Source: Mytilus edulis (taxonomy: Eukaryota). Taken from it: DNA of 64,000 nucleotides. Every line of letters begins with the position of its first letter. The stretch's first letter is position 1. The position numbers were made by a program, and so were the translations under genes. The notes below the pieces were generated by a model. That model was not told the origin of the DNA and did not search any database. It saw only the letters and a program-made list of their open reading frames with translations. Where the stretch lies: contig NC_092352.1 of assembly GCF_963676685.1 (NCBI RefSeq), positions 19,468,001-19,532,000 of the forward strand, written 5' to 3'. Below, piece by piece: positions 50,113 through 62,479 of this stretch.

Positions 50113-52682
50113 TGTAATACGTTTCTTGTTTGAAACTGAATATCGATATCTACAAAAAGGACATATCTTCTTGATATCTATCCTATCATATTTATTAAAT
50201 GTCAGTTTCTAGTTTTCGCATTTTAGAAGCGATTTGTTGGTAATCCAAAGTTAAAATATCAAAATTAATCATCAAGGTAACGATAAGTGTGATATTTTTA
50301 TCAATTGATGAAATTTTTAACCAGATCTTAAATTAGTTCGGTCATAAGCTCTTCATTTTAACCGACAGTAAAAATATCGTTCTAAACGTAGGGTTATGGA
50401 TTCAATTATGACAAAAGAATACTATGTGTGACTCTCTTTCTATAAGCCTTCATTATCACCTTTCAAGCTAGGACTGGCGAAATTCCAGTGTATAAAACAG
50501 AATTAATGGGCACTCACCAGTTTCACTTATAAAACAAAAATAATGGTCACTCACCAGTTTCATTTATAAAGACACTCACAAGTTACATTTTACATTGAAT
50601 GACAGCTGAACGCATGAAGTGTAATGTCCTATACAGCGTAACACTGTTACATTAAGCACAGTGAAAACCAGGAATAAAGTATACTCGCGTATATGGAATT
50701 TGCTATGACAACTTACAATATGTTATGGAAAGTTCATAAGTGGAAGGTTCAAATATTTTGAAAACAAAAAAAGTCCGGTTACACCATGAATACATTTGAA
50801 ATTCAACTTTCTTTTCGTTTTTTACGTGAATGGAACAGTCATGGAACACTTTTCCAAGAAAAATGGAATTATGTTCTCTCGTCATACCCTCTTATATTTC
50901 CGACAACAAAAATAGGATCCTGACTAAACGTTACACATATTTGAAAACCGCTATTTACAATTGTTGGAATAGTTAAAATGATAAACTTTGTACTTACAAA
51001 ATTCTTATCTCATACATTTTACATTGACAAAGCACTATAAATAGATCCTATTCATAGTTATTCTTCCTTGTTATTCTAGTTATGATATATCTATTTATAA
51101 AAAAAACTACTGTAAAGCTGCCAAATTAAGGTTATTTAAACAGTATACAGTTAATGGGTTTATTTCGTTGCACATTATACATTACGCGTTTATTACATTC
51201 GAAATTTCCTACAATGATGATCTATTAAAAAAAAATAGATCAAGTTTCTATTCATTTAGTCGCCCAACTTACCAAATTAAAAAAAAAGAGTTTTGAGGCA
51301 CCGACGTTACTTTGTTTGAAGAAACTCATTTTACTGTTTCAAAATGCAATCAGTCTTTTTTGTCATTTTTTGCTTAAAAAAATCGTGCGGAGGATAAAGG
51401 TTAGGATTTTTCGTAATTTCTTTGAGGTTTTGCATGGGGTTTTGATACAACTTTAAGTTTTTTTCAAAGAAGTATTATGGCTATAAAATAATGAAAGTTT
51501 TATTTTTGTGTTTGTCTTAAAAATGTGTTTTAGAAATTATAAACTTACACGTTTCATTTAAAACAAATATAACATAAAAATGGGCCTTTACTATTCAGAT
51601 TGTCCGTCCGTCCGCACCGAATCGTGTCCGCTCTATAAAACCACTATACACTTCAGTGATAAAACATGGCATGGTTATTTTAAACTGTTCACTAAAAGAC
51701 ATGGGCAATAAGCTTATTTCATCTTTATAGTCACCAATGTGCATGCGCACAAAATCATTAAAAGACCTTTAAGTTCCAGTATGAATCTTTGTATGATTAT
51801 TTAGTTACCACTGCTAGAAAATGTGCCGCTTATATAGAAGAAATATTATGTTGATGATTAAGATTACTGAAGATAATGATGTCAAGATTTGAAAAATAAA
51901 GAATATAGTTAAAGACGGTCCGTGTAACACATATCAATTCAAAATATCAAAAAGTTTTCTAATTTAAAATTTTTGGAATTTTGAGCAAAGTTTAAAAATA
52001 TCAAAATTCCAAAGTGTATATGCTGCAAGGACCTCTGTCAATGCTCCCATCAATATCCTCTAGTCATGAACCAGGATTTTATGTTAATTGCGACGCCATG
52101 TTTTCTTTTGCGTCTTGTGCTCTTATAACAACAAAACTTCAACGACCACAGTAAGTCTTTGCAACGTACATGTATTATTATTTTTAGCCAGGAAGTCTGC
52201 TTAAATCGGTGATAAAAACTTGAAAAAGGTATATACCCTCGCCACATTCCTAATTCAAAAACCGTGGTTTTCTTGATGATTGTTTTGTTATAAATCAGGC
52301 AATTCGGTTTTTTTTCAAATTAAAGTCACAAATCGACTGTTAACGCTAAAGCAAAAAACTGAAATCGACCAAAAGACAAAGTTATGAGATCCCATATCTG
52401 ATTCCTGTTAGGGACGACATCAAAAGATCGATGTAGAATAAAAATCTTAAATCTAATAGTTTGGGGGTGGGTGGTTAAAATTCTACAAGTTTTGTATATC
52501 TTAAATCGATTTTTACATATAATATCCCTATTGGTAAATATTTTTTTCCCCAAATTAAGTTAAGAGGGGGGTCGGGGTGTCAGTGAAAAAACTATGTGAA
52601 TTAAGTTTTTATCCTACATTGAATATTGAAGTCGTCCCTTATTCAGTGGTTGTCGTTGGTTGCTGTTTAACATATAAACAAG

Positions 52683-52890
52683 CAGATGTGGTATGATTGC
52701 AAATGAGACAACTCTTCACAAGAGATCAAATGACACAGAAATCAACAGCTATAGTTCATCGTACGACTTTTACCAATGAGTAAAGACCATACCGCATAGT
52801 CAGCTATAAAAAAACCCGAAATCACAATGTATTTAACAATTCAAACTAGAAAACTAACGACCTTATTAATGTTAATAATTAACGGGGAAA
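52683..52890 (-). mobile_element. SINE-like repeat, family A, partial
   Basis: agatgtggtatgattgcaaatgagacaact...ataccgcatagtcagctataaa. Confidence 0.75.
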
Positions 52891-53217
52891 AAATCTGTAA
52901 AAAAAGATTGATTTTTGCTAACCTCCAGTTTCAGTTAATTTTCGATACGGTCCAGTGAATGAAGAACAATCAGTGGTCATTGTTCAATAACATTCCGGTA
53001 CACTTGATCACATTTGCATTTTCAAATAAATATCGATTGTTAAAACATATGTAGTAGCAGATTTTTTTATATGTTTAAATGGATTAGTTTCTTACACAAG
53101 ATGTAGAAATGAATAAAAAAAAATACATACTAATGAATACAGCACTTTATATATGATATAATAGGATATGTACAAATTACGTAACTGGTACCACAAAATA
53201 GTACAATAATAAACAGT

Positions 53218-53539
53218 TTATAATAAAGTCAACTGCTGATTGGTCACTTGCGTTTGTGGAAAGAATGGATAGTTAGAAAACATGCATGATCGGACAGGTG
53301 CTGGTTGAATAGAACTTGTAACGTACGGTGACCAGAAACCAGGTGGAGTCACATGGCCGCGGTACTGTATATCGATTGGATAGTCTGGTCTTGTCGTTGC
53401 TGGGTTCACACTGCAGTCTTTCAAAATGTCATTTGCACAAGACGAATAGTCAAACGGTGGTGATGGTGTCGTATATCCAAAGTTATGCTCCCATGGTAAA
53501 GGTGTGGACAGTACGTCGGCATAAGGCTTGTAGTGTAAG
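53218..53539 (-). CDS. PRD-class homeobox gene, terminal exon
   Basis: T-run plus ag acceptor. Phase-2-compatible open frame (N)LHYKPYADVLSTPLPWEHNFGY...QQLTLL-stop, Pro/Ser/Tyr-rich. Confidence 0.72.
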
Positions 53540-54278
53540 CTAAAAAAAAAATGTGCAATGTAGAAAAAAAGGCAAGCAGTTTAAATAAAACATACATTAA
53601 AACAAAGATTATATCGTTCAATTCATGTATTACTGTTTCTATATTATGAGTAGGTTGAATGATAAAGAGACGAACCTTTGTGATTTTTTTTCTGTTTTTT
53701 TTTAAATGATGACTTTAACTTGGTCTCCGCTACCATTCGTTTTCTTTTTTTTCGTGTTTCATTTTTATTAAATTATTGTGTTGTGCATATGCGTTTCACC
53801 TCTGTTTTTAACATTTCATTAACGAATCGTTTTCTTTGTTTTCCAAATATGTCTGCAAGATATTGTTATCTTATCAGAAAAGCAATTTCCGTCGGTTTTA
53901 CATAACGAACCAGTTACTTTATATTCCAAATATGTTTGCAAAATATTGTTATCTTATCTGAAAAGCAATTTCCTTCGGTTTTACGTACGGTATAATAGAA
54001 TTTGGGAATGTATCAAAGGCATAACAACCCGAAAAAAGGACAGAAAACAGCCGAAGTCCGCCAATAGGTCTTCAACTAAGGGAGAAAAATCCCACACCCG
54101 GAGTCGAGCTTCAGCTGGCCCCTAAACAAAATGTGTACTAGTTCAATGAAAATTGATGCTTTTATCGCACTGAGGTCAATTATTGCCTAAGCTGTATAAG
54201 CTGAAGATTTATCATGTCTTTCTTGCATTTCCAGCAGATGACTGCGTTCGTTGGGATTTTACTAAGAGCTAAACTTAC

Positions 54279-54511
54279 TTGGAAACTGGTTTCTTATTAT
54301 CGATGGTGTTTTGGAGATTCGCTGTTGAAACTGTTAAAACATGTGGTCTTCCTAAAATATCTGATGTTGGCTTCATTGGTCGTCTCGGTTCACTTGGGAT
54401 GGTTAGTACTGGCGGTCTGTTTTCTTGGTCATACACTTGATTTCTCATCCATGTAACTTGTGAATCCTTGTATTGTCTTTTAAACTTAGATCTTCTGTTT
54501 TGAAACCAGAT
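54279..54511 (-). CDS. PRD-class homeobox gene, exon with helix 3
   Basis: ctttttcag acceptor; IWFQNRRSKFKRQY; donor gtaagt at 54278. Confidence 0.9.
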
Positions 54512-55096
54512 CTGAAAAAGACATGACCTCTGTAACCGATTGTCTTCCTGATTTTTATGTTTTAGTGACAATTCACATTTTGTCAGACTCGAATTTGAAC
54601 AGAGATGCTTTTCAATCAATATAGTATTTCCTGTCATTTGGAGGTTAATCTTTTTAAACACGTATTTTTTTAAGCCATCGGTTACAAAATAACAAGAATA
54701 AATCTTTCAAGTAATCCTATTTTTTAAAGTTATGTACGCATCATATAACATGTAAATTATATGTATTGCTAGTGATTGATTAAATGATTTTTGTTTACTT
54801 AAAGTCCAGCGGCAAATATTACATATTAAAAAGTGGGAGAAGTGGTATGATTGCTAATGACACATCTATCCATCGGAGTTGAAATAAAGTGGTAATAAAT
54901 AATTATAGGCCACTCAGTGTCGATACATATTCTGGCGCGAAAAAATAACAATGTATACAATAAGTCGATTTTGCAAGGTGAAATATTCCAAAGTTTTTCA
55001 CAATACCTAGTTTTTAGAATTGGAAAATCTATTTAATATTTCAGACCCGGAAATCATCTGCTTTTAAAAAATCTAAAAATTAATAAGCATACTTAC

Positions 55097-55198
55097 AGAA
55101 ACCTTTTCATTTGAGATTTCTAACTGATCGGCTAATTCGTCTGTAGTGAGAGAATCTGGGTACTGGTTAGAGATAAACACTCTCTCCAAAGCTTCAAG
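55097..55198 (-). CDS. PRD-class homeobox gene, exon for homeodomain residues 13-46
   Basis: ttttgctag acceptor; LEALERVFISNQYPDSLTTDELADQLEISNEKVS; donor gtaagt; phase 0 on both sides. Confidence 0.9.
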
Positions 55199-55625
55199 CT
55201 AGCAAAATAAAGAAAATCCGTTTTATTTTCATTTCCTACATTTATATTATGAAAGGAAAACGATAAGAATCATGTTTTAATCTTTAAATGAATAAAAATC
55301 GATAATAATTTGCCAAATATGGACATAAGGAATAACCTGTTTTTCATCCAGAATTTAAATTGTATTTAGAAATTATTTGTTTAATAAAAACGTCAAAACA
55401 AAGGCAACTGCTTAAAATTACAAGTAAATAAACTTATAAGAAAAGTTTGATTTCCGTAAATGCATAGTTTGTTATTTTTAGATTGAGACTTAAAATTACC
55501 TTAACATTCAATTACTGGTACCACAAATAAAAAAAAAGAAAATCACCCTTTACAGAATTTTGAGAGACTGCGACAGAGTACAATGCAACACAATCTAAAT
55601 AATATCAAATATATCAAACTCCTAC

Positions 55626-55688
55626 CTGTTCCTTGGTATATTTAGTTCTTTGGCGCTTTGATTTGGCTGTCATTGTTCCACTACCCAT
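55626..55688 (-). CDS. PRD-class homeobox gene, first recognisable coding exon (N-terminal arm)
   Basis: ttattttcag acceptor at 55691, then MGSGTMTAKSKRQRTKYTKEQ and donor gtagga. An upstream exon must exist but was not located. Confidence 0.85.
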
Positions 55689-57420
55689 GTCTGAAAATAA
55701 TTAAACAAATTAAAAACAGAAAATATAACGCCAATTACACTGACAGCTTTCACTTGACGGCTATTCCTCAAAACGAGATATTAGACAATTGTCGCCTATA
55801 TTTAAAGATTCTGTAAATGTTATAACTCAGTTAGTTATATATATGCTGAATATGACATTTGTTTAATACACTACATTTCAGTGGATATATTTTTTATTTT
55901 ATTGCGAAATCTTCCTTTAAATTTTTTGTTACTATACCTTTGTCTAGTTTTTTTAAATCGGAAACATCTAAATTTCCCATTGCAAAATCAAAAGTTATCC
56001 ACTATAAAGATATAAAGGCTTCATTACAATATACAGTGTATAAATGCCGTATATTGCATACAATTATTAGTAACATGATATTTTCTAAAATATACTTACT
56101 TAAGTTTTAAAATGTATTCTCTATGACAAGAAAGCAAAATGAAATATGAAAATCTATTTTGGAAATTTAGTTTATAAAGATTTTTGAGTGAACTTTGTAA
56201 TACATATTTTCTTTGATATTGCCGACGTATAGGATAATATCGTACCAATCTGTTTATTGATTTCTTTAATTAAGATAATTGCAAACAAAAGTTTTGTCAA
56301 ACCCAAGCCCAGTCAGTGCTTCCTTCACACAGAAGATTTCAGGTAAAGCACACGGAACCTAATCAAAACATTGAGAAACCACCATATGTGAACTCTGTTT
56401 AGCAATCACTAATGACTTTGATCTTGCACAACCCAAGCCCTAATCGCAGAATTTTATGGTATTTTTTTTTATTTTATTTATTTTAATATTCAAAAGTCTG
56501 GAACAAAAAACCTTCAAAATAGATGAACATTAAAGATTTTGAGTTAAAGCATGAATTTATTGGTATATTGAACCATATTGAATTTCATCAGACTCTTTAA
56601 TTCGAACAAGATCCCTTAATCAAAACTGTATATTTATTATAAGAACATAGGTACTCTATGTGTTTAAACGAAATTCGTTTTTTGTTTGGTCGTTTTGGTC
56701 AATGAAAAAAAAAAATCGATAAATAAGAATTAAGCTCTATAATAAGGAAATTAATTTAAAAAAAATCAATATATATCTGCTAAAAGAAAGGATCCAATAA
56801 CCATTCAGCATACGTTTAGAACTATGAGGCGACCGTTCTAAAGCAGTGAGAATGTAATCGATATGTCTTGTATTTGTTATTATAAGAGTAAGGAGAAAAC
56901 CATTTTGATATTCTGTTGTTGGGAGGCAGATAAATTTTTTTGGCAGAAAGAAAAAAGATGTCTCATTTTGCCGGATGTGTATTTTTTTTTTCTTTTTTCG
57001 CGGGGAAACATTTATTTTCACTTTTGAACATGATTATATAACATTTCAGTTATAGAATATCCCTTTTCTTTGGCAAAATTATTTATTTTCTGTTCTTACC
57101 AGGCCATAATATTTATTTTCAAAATCCTCCTTATACCTAAAAAAAATGGTTGTCGACCAGATAACTTTTATTAAAATCTTTTTTTCTGTTATGAAATTGA
57201 TGTGGAAACGTGTACCAAACAAAGAAGATATAAAGTTTAGCACTGTTTCCATGTCAATTTTTATATTTTTGTATATCTTTACTTGCTTGCTAGTTCTGAT
57301 GTTTTCCTTTTGTTTTTATATTTTTAGTTTTATGCATACATTGCTAACCCTTTCTTACATATCAAATGTTTAAGTTTAAAATTTGCTGCATAAATAAAGG
57401 TACTTTAAGTTAATATAAAA

Positions 57421-57712
57421 AAGAAGATGTGGTATGATTGCCAATGAGACAACTGTCTACAAGAGACCAAAATGACACAGACATTAACAACTATAGGTCA
57501 CCGTACGGCCTTCAACAATGAGCAAAGCCCATACCGCATAGTCAGCTATAAAGGCCCCGATATGACAATGTAAAACAATTCAAACGAGAAAACTAACGGC
57601 CTTATTTATTTAAAAAAAAAATGAACGAAAAACAAATATGTAACACATAAACAAACGACAACCACTGAATTACAGGCTCCTGACTTGGTACACGCACATA
57701 AATATATAATGT
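57421..57712 (-). mobile_element. SINE-like repeat, family A, well preserved and truncated within the core
   Basis: aagaagatgtggtatgattgccaatgagacaact...accactgaattacaggctcctgacttgg. Confidence 0.85.
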
Positions 57713-58759
57713 GAAAGCAGGATTGCATTTTCTTATCAAGCTTCTTTTCACATCTCTTAGAAAATGTTCAGTTTAATATGTGGTATATGGTACGAAATGA
57801 CGAAATGATGAAATGAATAGACATGATATCATAGCAGATATCTAGACATGAAATAATCATATAATTGGTATTTTTCAAAGAAAAGTGAATAAACTTATCA
57901 AAAGTTTTTCAATCGTTTTTACATAAAGTAGGTATGACAAATGTAAAACAAGCCATCCATTTACATTTAATCGGTGGATTCAACAGTTACCAGGTACAGT
58001 ATATATATAAAAAAAACTAAATATAAATAAACAATTTATATTTAGTTTTGTCTTAATTTCACAATGCTATACTTGCTACAGGGAAACAATATATGAAACT
58101 CATCTCCTATTATGTTGACAACACAATGTACACAATCCAAGTTAGTTTGCTATAGTATTCCTTCTACCAGTATCTATTTAAACTTTTAAGTTTAAAAGTT
58201 CTAATAACATTAACTGTACCGATCTTAATGTACTAATTTTGCATTTCGACAATTGCATGATGTCAATTCAGTGATGCTATAATTTAAAATAGTTTAAAGT
58301 CCAATACATGGTACAAAAGTTGTATTTAAGTGTAGAACTATGGATTCTGTCTTTTTCTTGCTTTTTAAAATGAACCATTATAATGTCCAGTCCTTTCGTA
58401 GGAAATAAATTGAAAGAAATTTTGTTACTCTTAATTTCGGTATCTCTTGATTGAGATTTAGAGAATAGCTTCCCACTGAAATCAGGCGACGTGTGATAGT
58501 CTTGACCAACGTGACGGCAATACTGATCAATGGACACATTATATGATATTGAAGTGAGTTATTTCAACACACGGGAATTTTGAATTGGTTTCTAAATTTT
58601 CAATAGATTTAACAATGTAAGGAATATTTCTCCTTATGGTAGATATGGTGTCTTCTGTCATCTTTGATTATAAAATAGTAGAAAACAATTTGTCTCAACC
58701 TTTGATACTTAATGTACACATTTTGAGAGACAAATATACTTCATTTGTTGAAGACTTCA

Positions 58760-59038
58760 TTTACAGCCGATTTCATTGAGTGTGTAGGCAAAGGTAATAT
58801 CTTTGGTTAGCTTGCTTAATTGTTAGCTGAACCATGAAGTCATTATAAGATCAGGTATACTACCCTCCTTTTGAAGTAGCCTTGTCCAACAGACAGAGAG
58901 ATTGGTTATCTGTCGGACTAGTCTACTCTCAAAGGAGGGTAGTTTACCTTACCTGATAATGACTTCACAGTTCAGCTACCAAGCAAGCTAACCAAAGATA
59001 TTACCTTTGCATACACACTCAATGAAATCGAATGTAAA
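58760..59038. repeat. About 280-bp fold-back element
   Basis: cgatttcattgagtgtgtaggcaaaggtaatatctttggttagcttgctt is mirrored by aagcaagctaaccaaagatattacctttgcatacacactcaatgaaatcg; pairing continues to a small central loop. Confidence 0.88.
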
Positions 59039-59210
59039 CGACGAACATTTTACCCAGTCACATTCTGTATGCTTGTCCAAAGTCAGGAGCCTGTACTTCA
59101 GTGGTTATCGTTTGTTTTGTTGGTGTATATAATATTTGTTTTTTCAGTATTATTGTTTCAACTTCGTACTTTATTTGGCTCTTTTTTTTTAAAAACTTTT
59201 ATGGATTCGA

Positions 59211-59254
59211 GCGTCACTGATGAGTCTTTTGTAGACGAAACGCGCGTCTGGCGT
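59211..59254 (+). ncRNA. Minimal type I hammerhead ribozyme (Penelope/retrozyme type)
   Basis: GCGUCA CUGAUGA GUCU-UUUGU-AGAC GAAA CGCGCG UC^UGGCGU. Full catalytic core, stem I GCGUCA/UGGCGU, palindromic stem III. Confidence 0.88.
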
Positions 59255-59782
59255 ATTTATAAAATTTAGTCCTGGTATCTATGATGAGTTTATTTGTACA
59301 TAATCATGCTGTTAGTTTTCTCGTTTGAATTGTTTTACTTTTGGTGTCAGCAGTTACTTCCAAGCGAATTAAAGGAAGAAGAATGACAGTAAAAAAACCA
59401 AATATATTTTTATTTTCAATTGATGTACATCGACTAGTTATAAATAATGTGTTTTATTACGTATCAATCTTTTGAAAACATTAGAGCAAACAAATTATAT
59501 TACTTTGCCATGATATTTTTGGAGTAGAATACAATGGACAATGCACATTGTCATGTTCTGTACTCTTTATACATTGTTAAGTCAGAAAAGAAATCGAATC
59601 ACTGTGTTATAGAACAAAACTGCATGATTTTTGAATCCGTGCATACAGTTTTTTAAGTGTTCTTTTCCTTTTTCTGCCTTTCAGTAGCTGCGACCAATCC
59701 TTAATATCGTAGCATTACCTTAGATTATATTTGAATTACGTTTTTTGTTGCGTTTGTAATCAGCAGTGATTTGTTTTCTTAA

Positions 59783-60055
59783 GGTGATACCTAACACTAC
59801 AGGGAGATAACTCTGTAAAGTCAGCTAAACGTTTTAATTACGTTGTGTAGTAAAAGGAATATTAAGCTTCTCAATGTTTAAAATTGGTTTTTGTCAAATT
59901 GCTATATAACCAGTGTAATTTTTCTGACAAAACAGTTGGTTCAAAATTTTTAAATTTTTATATTTTAATTTAAAGTCTCATGGTTAATACTTTGACAAAA
60001 TTTTATGAAAATTAAACGAGCCAAATTAATGTTAGTGAAAGTGTTGGGTACCACC
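59783..60055. mobile_element. TTAA-flanked MITE (Kolobok-like)
   Basis: ttaa|ggtgatacctaacact ... agtgttgggtaccacc|ttaa, a 14/16 inverted match. Confidence 0.8.
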
Positions 60056-60539
60056 TTAAACGATTTGATTTTGTGCCCTCATCTCATTATACAACTTCCT
60101 CAGTAACTTCAAGGCAATCTTGAGCTAGGATAATCTAGTCTGTTAAGTCCCTTTCCGGTTTTATGCGGTCTTGAACTTTTGTGTTTTTAGCTTTCCATTC
60201 CTTTGATTTGGATTTGGGGCTCCGTCGTGTGCGCTGTTATCAAACTAGTTTAACAGTCCGCATGTTATGTGCTTGTCCTAATTCAGGAACATTATGTCAT
60301 ATTTTCCATCCATTACACATTTTTTTGGTTAGATTTTCGATTTTGTTCGTCAAATTCCTTCACACCTTGTTAAGAGTTAGACTGATTTACAACATAAGGT
60401 ATGAAATGAAAAGTGAATAATAAATGATCCGAACTACAAGGTAAAAATGTCGATATCTAAATACGATATACATGGGTGATTATTACTGTTTCTTGTATGT
60501 GAAATGCTATTTTCGTCGACCTTTTATAGAACAATAAGG

Positions 60540-61100
60540 CGATGTGGTACGATTACCAATGAAACAACTATCCACCAAAGTTCAAATAAAGTAGATGTAA
60601 GCATTTAAAGACAACCGTACAGCTTAAACAACGAGAAGAAATACATACTGTATAATTGACTACAAATGGCCCCGAAATAAAAAATATGGAACATCAATTG
60701 AGAAAACAAACCGGCGCCTAATTTATTAGAAAACAATTTACGAAAAAACAAATATGACTGACATGAACCAACACTAACCACTGAACTACAGGCTTGTGAC
60801 TTGTAACAGACACATATATAATGTGGCGGGGTAAAGCATGTTTGTGAGCGCTAAATCCTCCCCTAAACTGGAACATTGGTGTATAACAGCACAACATAAG
60901 AACAAACTATAAATATCAGTTGAAAAAAGCTTCAAATCAGATCGATACAAAACAGAAAAATCTTCGAACAAAACTACAGAAGGGTATTTATTCATCCCTC
61001 ATTCCTAACAAAAAGAAAAGACTCTGATTACCAATCTGAAAGTACTCGAAGTTACTGACAGCTAGTTCAAAGCCAATAACAAGTAATAACAAAATCATGT
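60540..61100 (-). mobile_element. SINE-like repeat, family A, longer diverged copy
   Basis: gatgtggtacgattaccaatga...accactgaactacagg...atgtggcggggtaaa...ctcccctaa. Confidence 0.7.
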
Positions 61101-61338
61101 ATCTCGGACATATATATCATTCAGTATACATATAGTTTACATGTTTATCTATAGATTAATATTTTGGTTTCCTTGAGGTGTTGGGATGTTTTTTTAGATG
61201 CAGCTTGCCTACTATCGCCTTTTCAGTAATTTCAGCATATGAACCAATCTCATCGATGTTGTTTTTAATAGACGATAGAACGTTGATAAAACATTGTGAC
61301 AGCTTTATTTACTTAAAAAAATACGAATGGAATTATCA

Positions 61339-62479
61339 TTTTTGTCGAGTCTGCGGCTTTTGTCGCAGAAAACTCGACATAAAGATAGTGATCCGTCGGC
61401 GGCGTTAGCCTACTTCTCATAAGCTTTATATTTTAGAAGTTGGAAGACCTGGATGCTTCATACTTTGTATATAGATGCCTCATGTTACGAAGTTTCCTTC
61501 TGTCACATGTCAATTGTCCTTGACCTCATTTTCACGGTTCAGTGACTGCTTGTTAAGCCTTTTGTAATGTTAATTTCTGTCTGTTTATGAGTAATAGGAT
61601 AACTATATGTGGTGTGTGCGTACCTTACAAGGTCCTCATGCCCGCCGGACAGTTTTTACTTGACCTCGACCTCATTTCATGGATGATTGAACAAGGGTAA
61701 GTTTAATGGTCAAGTCCATATCTCAGATACTGTAATCAATAGGTCTAGTATATTCGGTGTATGGAAGGACTGTAAGGTGTTCATGTCCAACTGGCAGGTA
61801 TCATCTGACCTTGAACTCATTTTCATGGTTTAGTGGTTATAGTTAATTTTATGTTTTTGTCTGTTTTTCTTGAATGATTGTAAGGTAACTAGCTGATCGG
61901 TGTCCTCTGACCTTGACCTCATTTTTATGGTTCAGTGGTCAAAGTTAAGTTTTAGAGTTTTGGTCTTTTTTTCTAATACTATATGCAATATGCCAACTAT
62001 TGTATGTACTGGTGTATGGAAATATTTTTTGATGTTTGTTCATATCAGTCTTGTTTTATTTGACCTTGAACTCATTTTTACGGTTCGTTGCTCATTGTTA
62101 ACGTTTTTGTGTTTTGTTCTGTTTTTCTTAATCTATATGCTGTAGGTCAACTAAATTTATTGTATAGAAGAATTATATGCTTTACATGTCTGCCTGGCAT
62201 GGTTCATCTTATCTTGACCATTAATGGTTCATTGGCAATGTTTAGTTTTCTTGTTTACTAGTAAGTCTGTTTTAGACAATGTTAGAAACTATAACCAATA
62301 GGTCAACTATATTTAGTTAATTGAATGATTGTAAGGTGTACATGTATTTCTGGTTTAGTTTATATGACCTTGACCTTATGTTTATGTGATAGCTGTAGTA
62401 AAGCTTTATATTCAGAACTATCAACATAATATCAATGATTAGTAAAGAAGGCGAGACATTTCAGCGTGTGCACTCTTGT
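61339..62479 (+). mobile_element. HINE/Helentron-like element with internal (tgaccttgacctcattttcatggttca) repeats
   Basis: 5' hairpin tgtcgag...ctcgaca, a short cgg run, repeated core blocks, and the 3' end ggcgagacatttcagcgtgtgcactcttgt. Confidence 0.7.
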
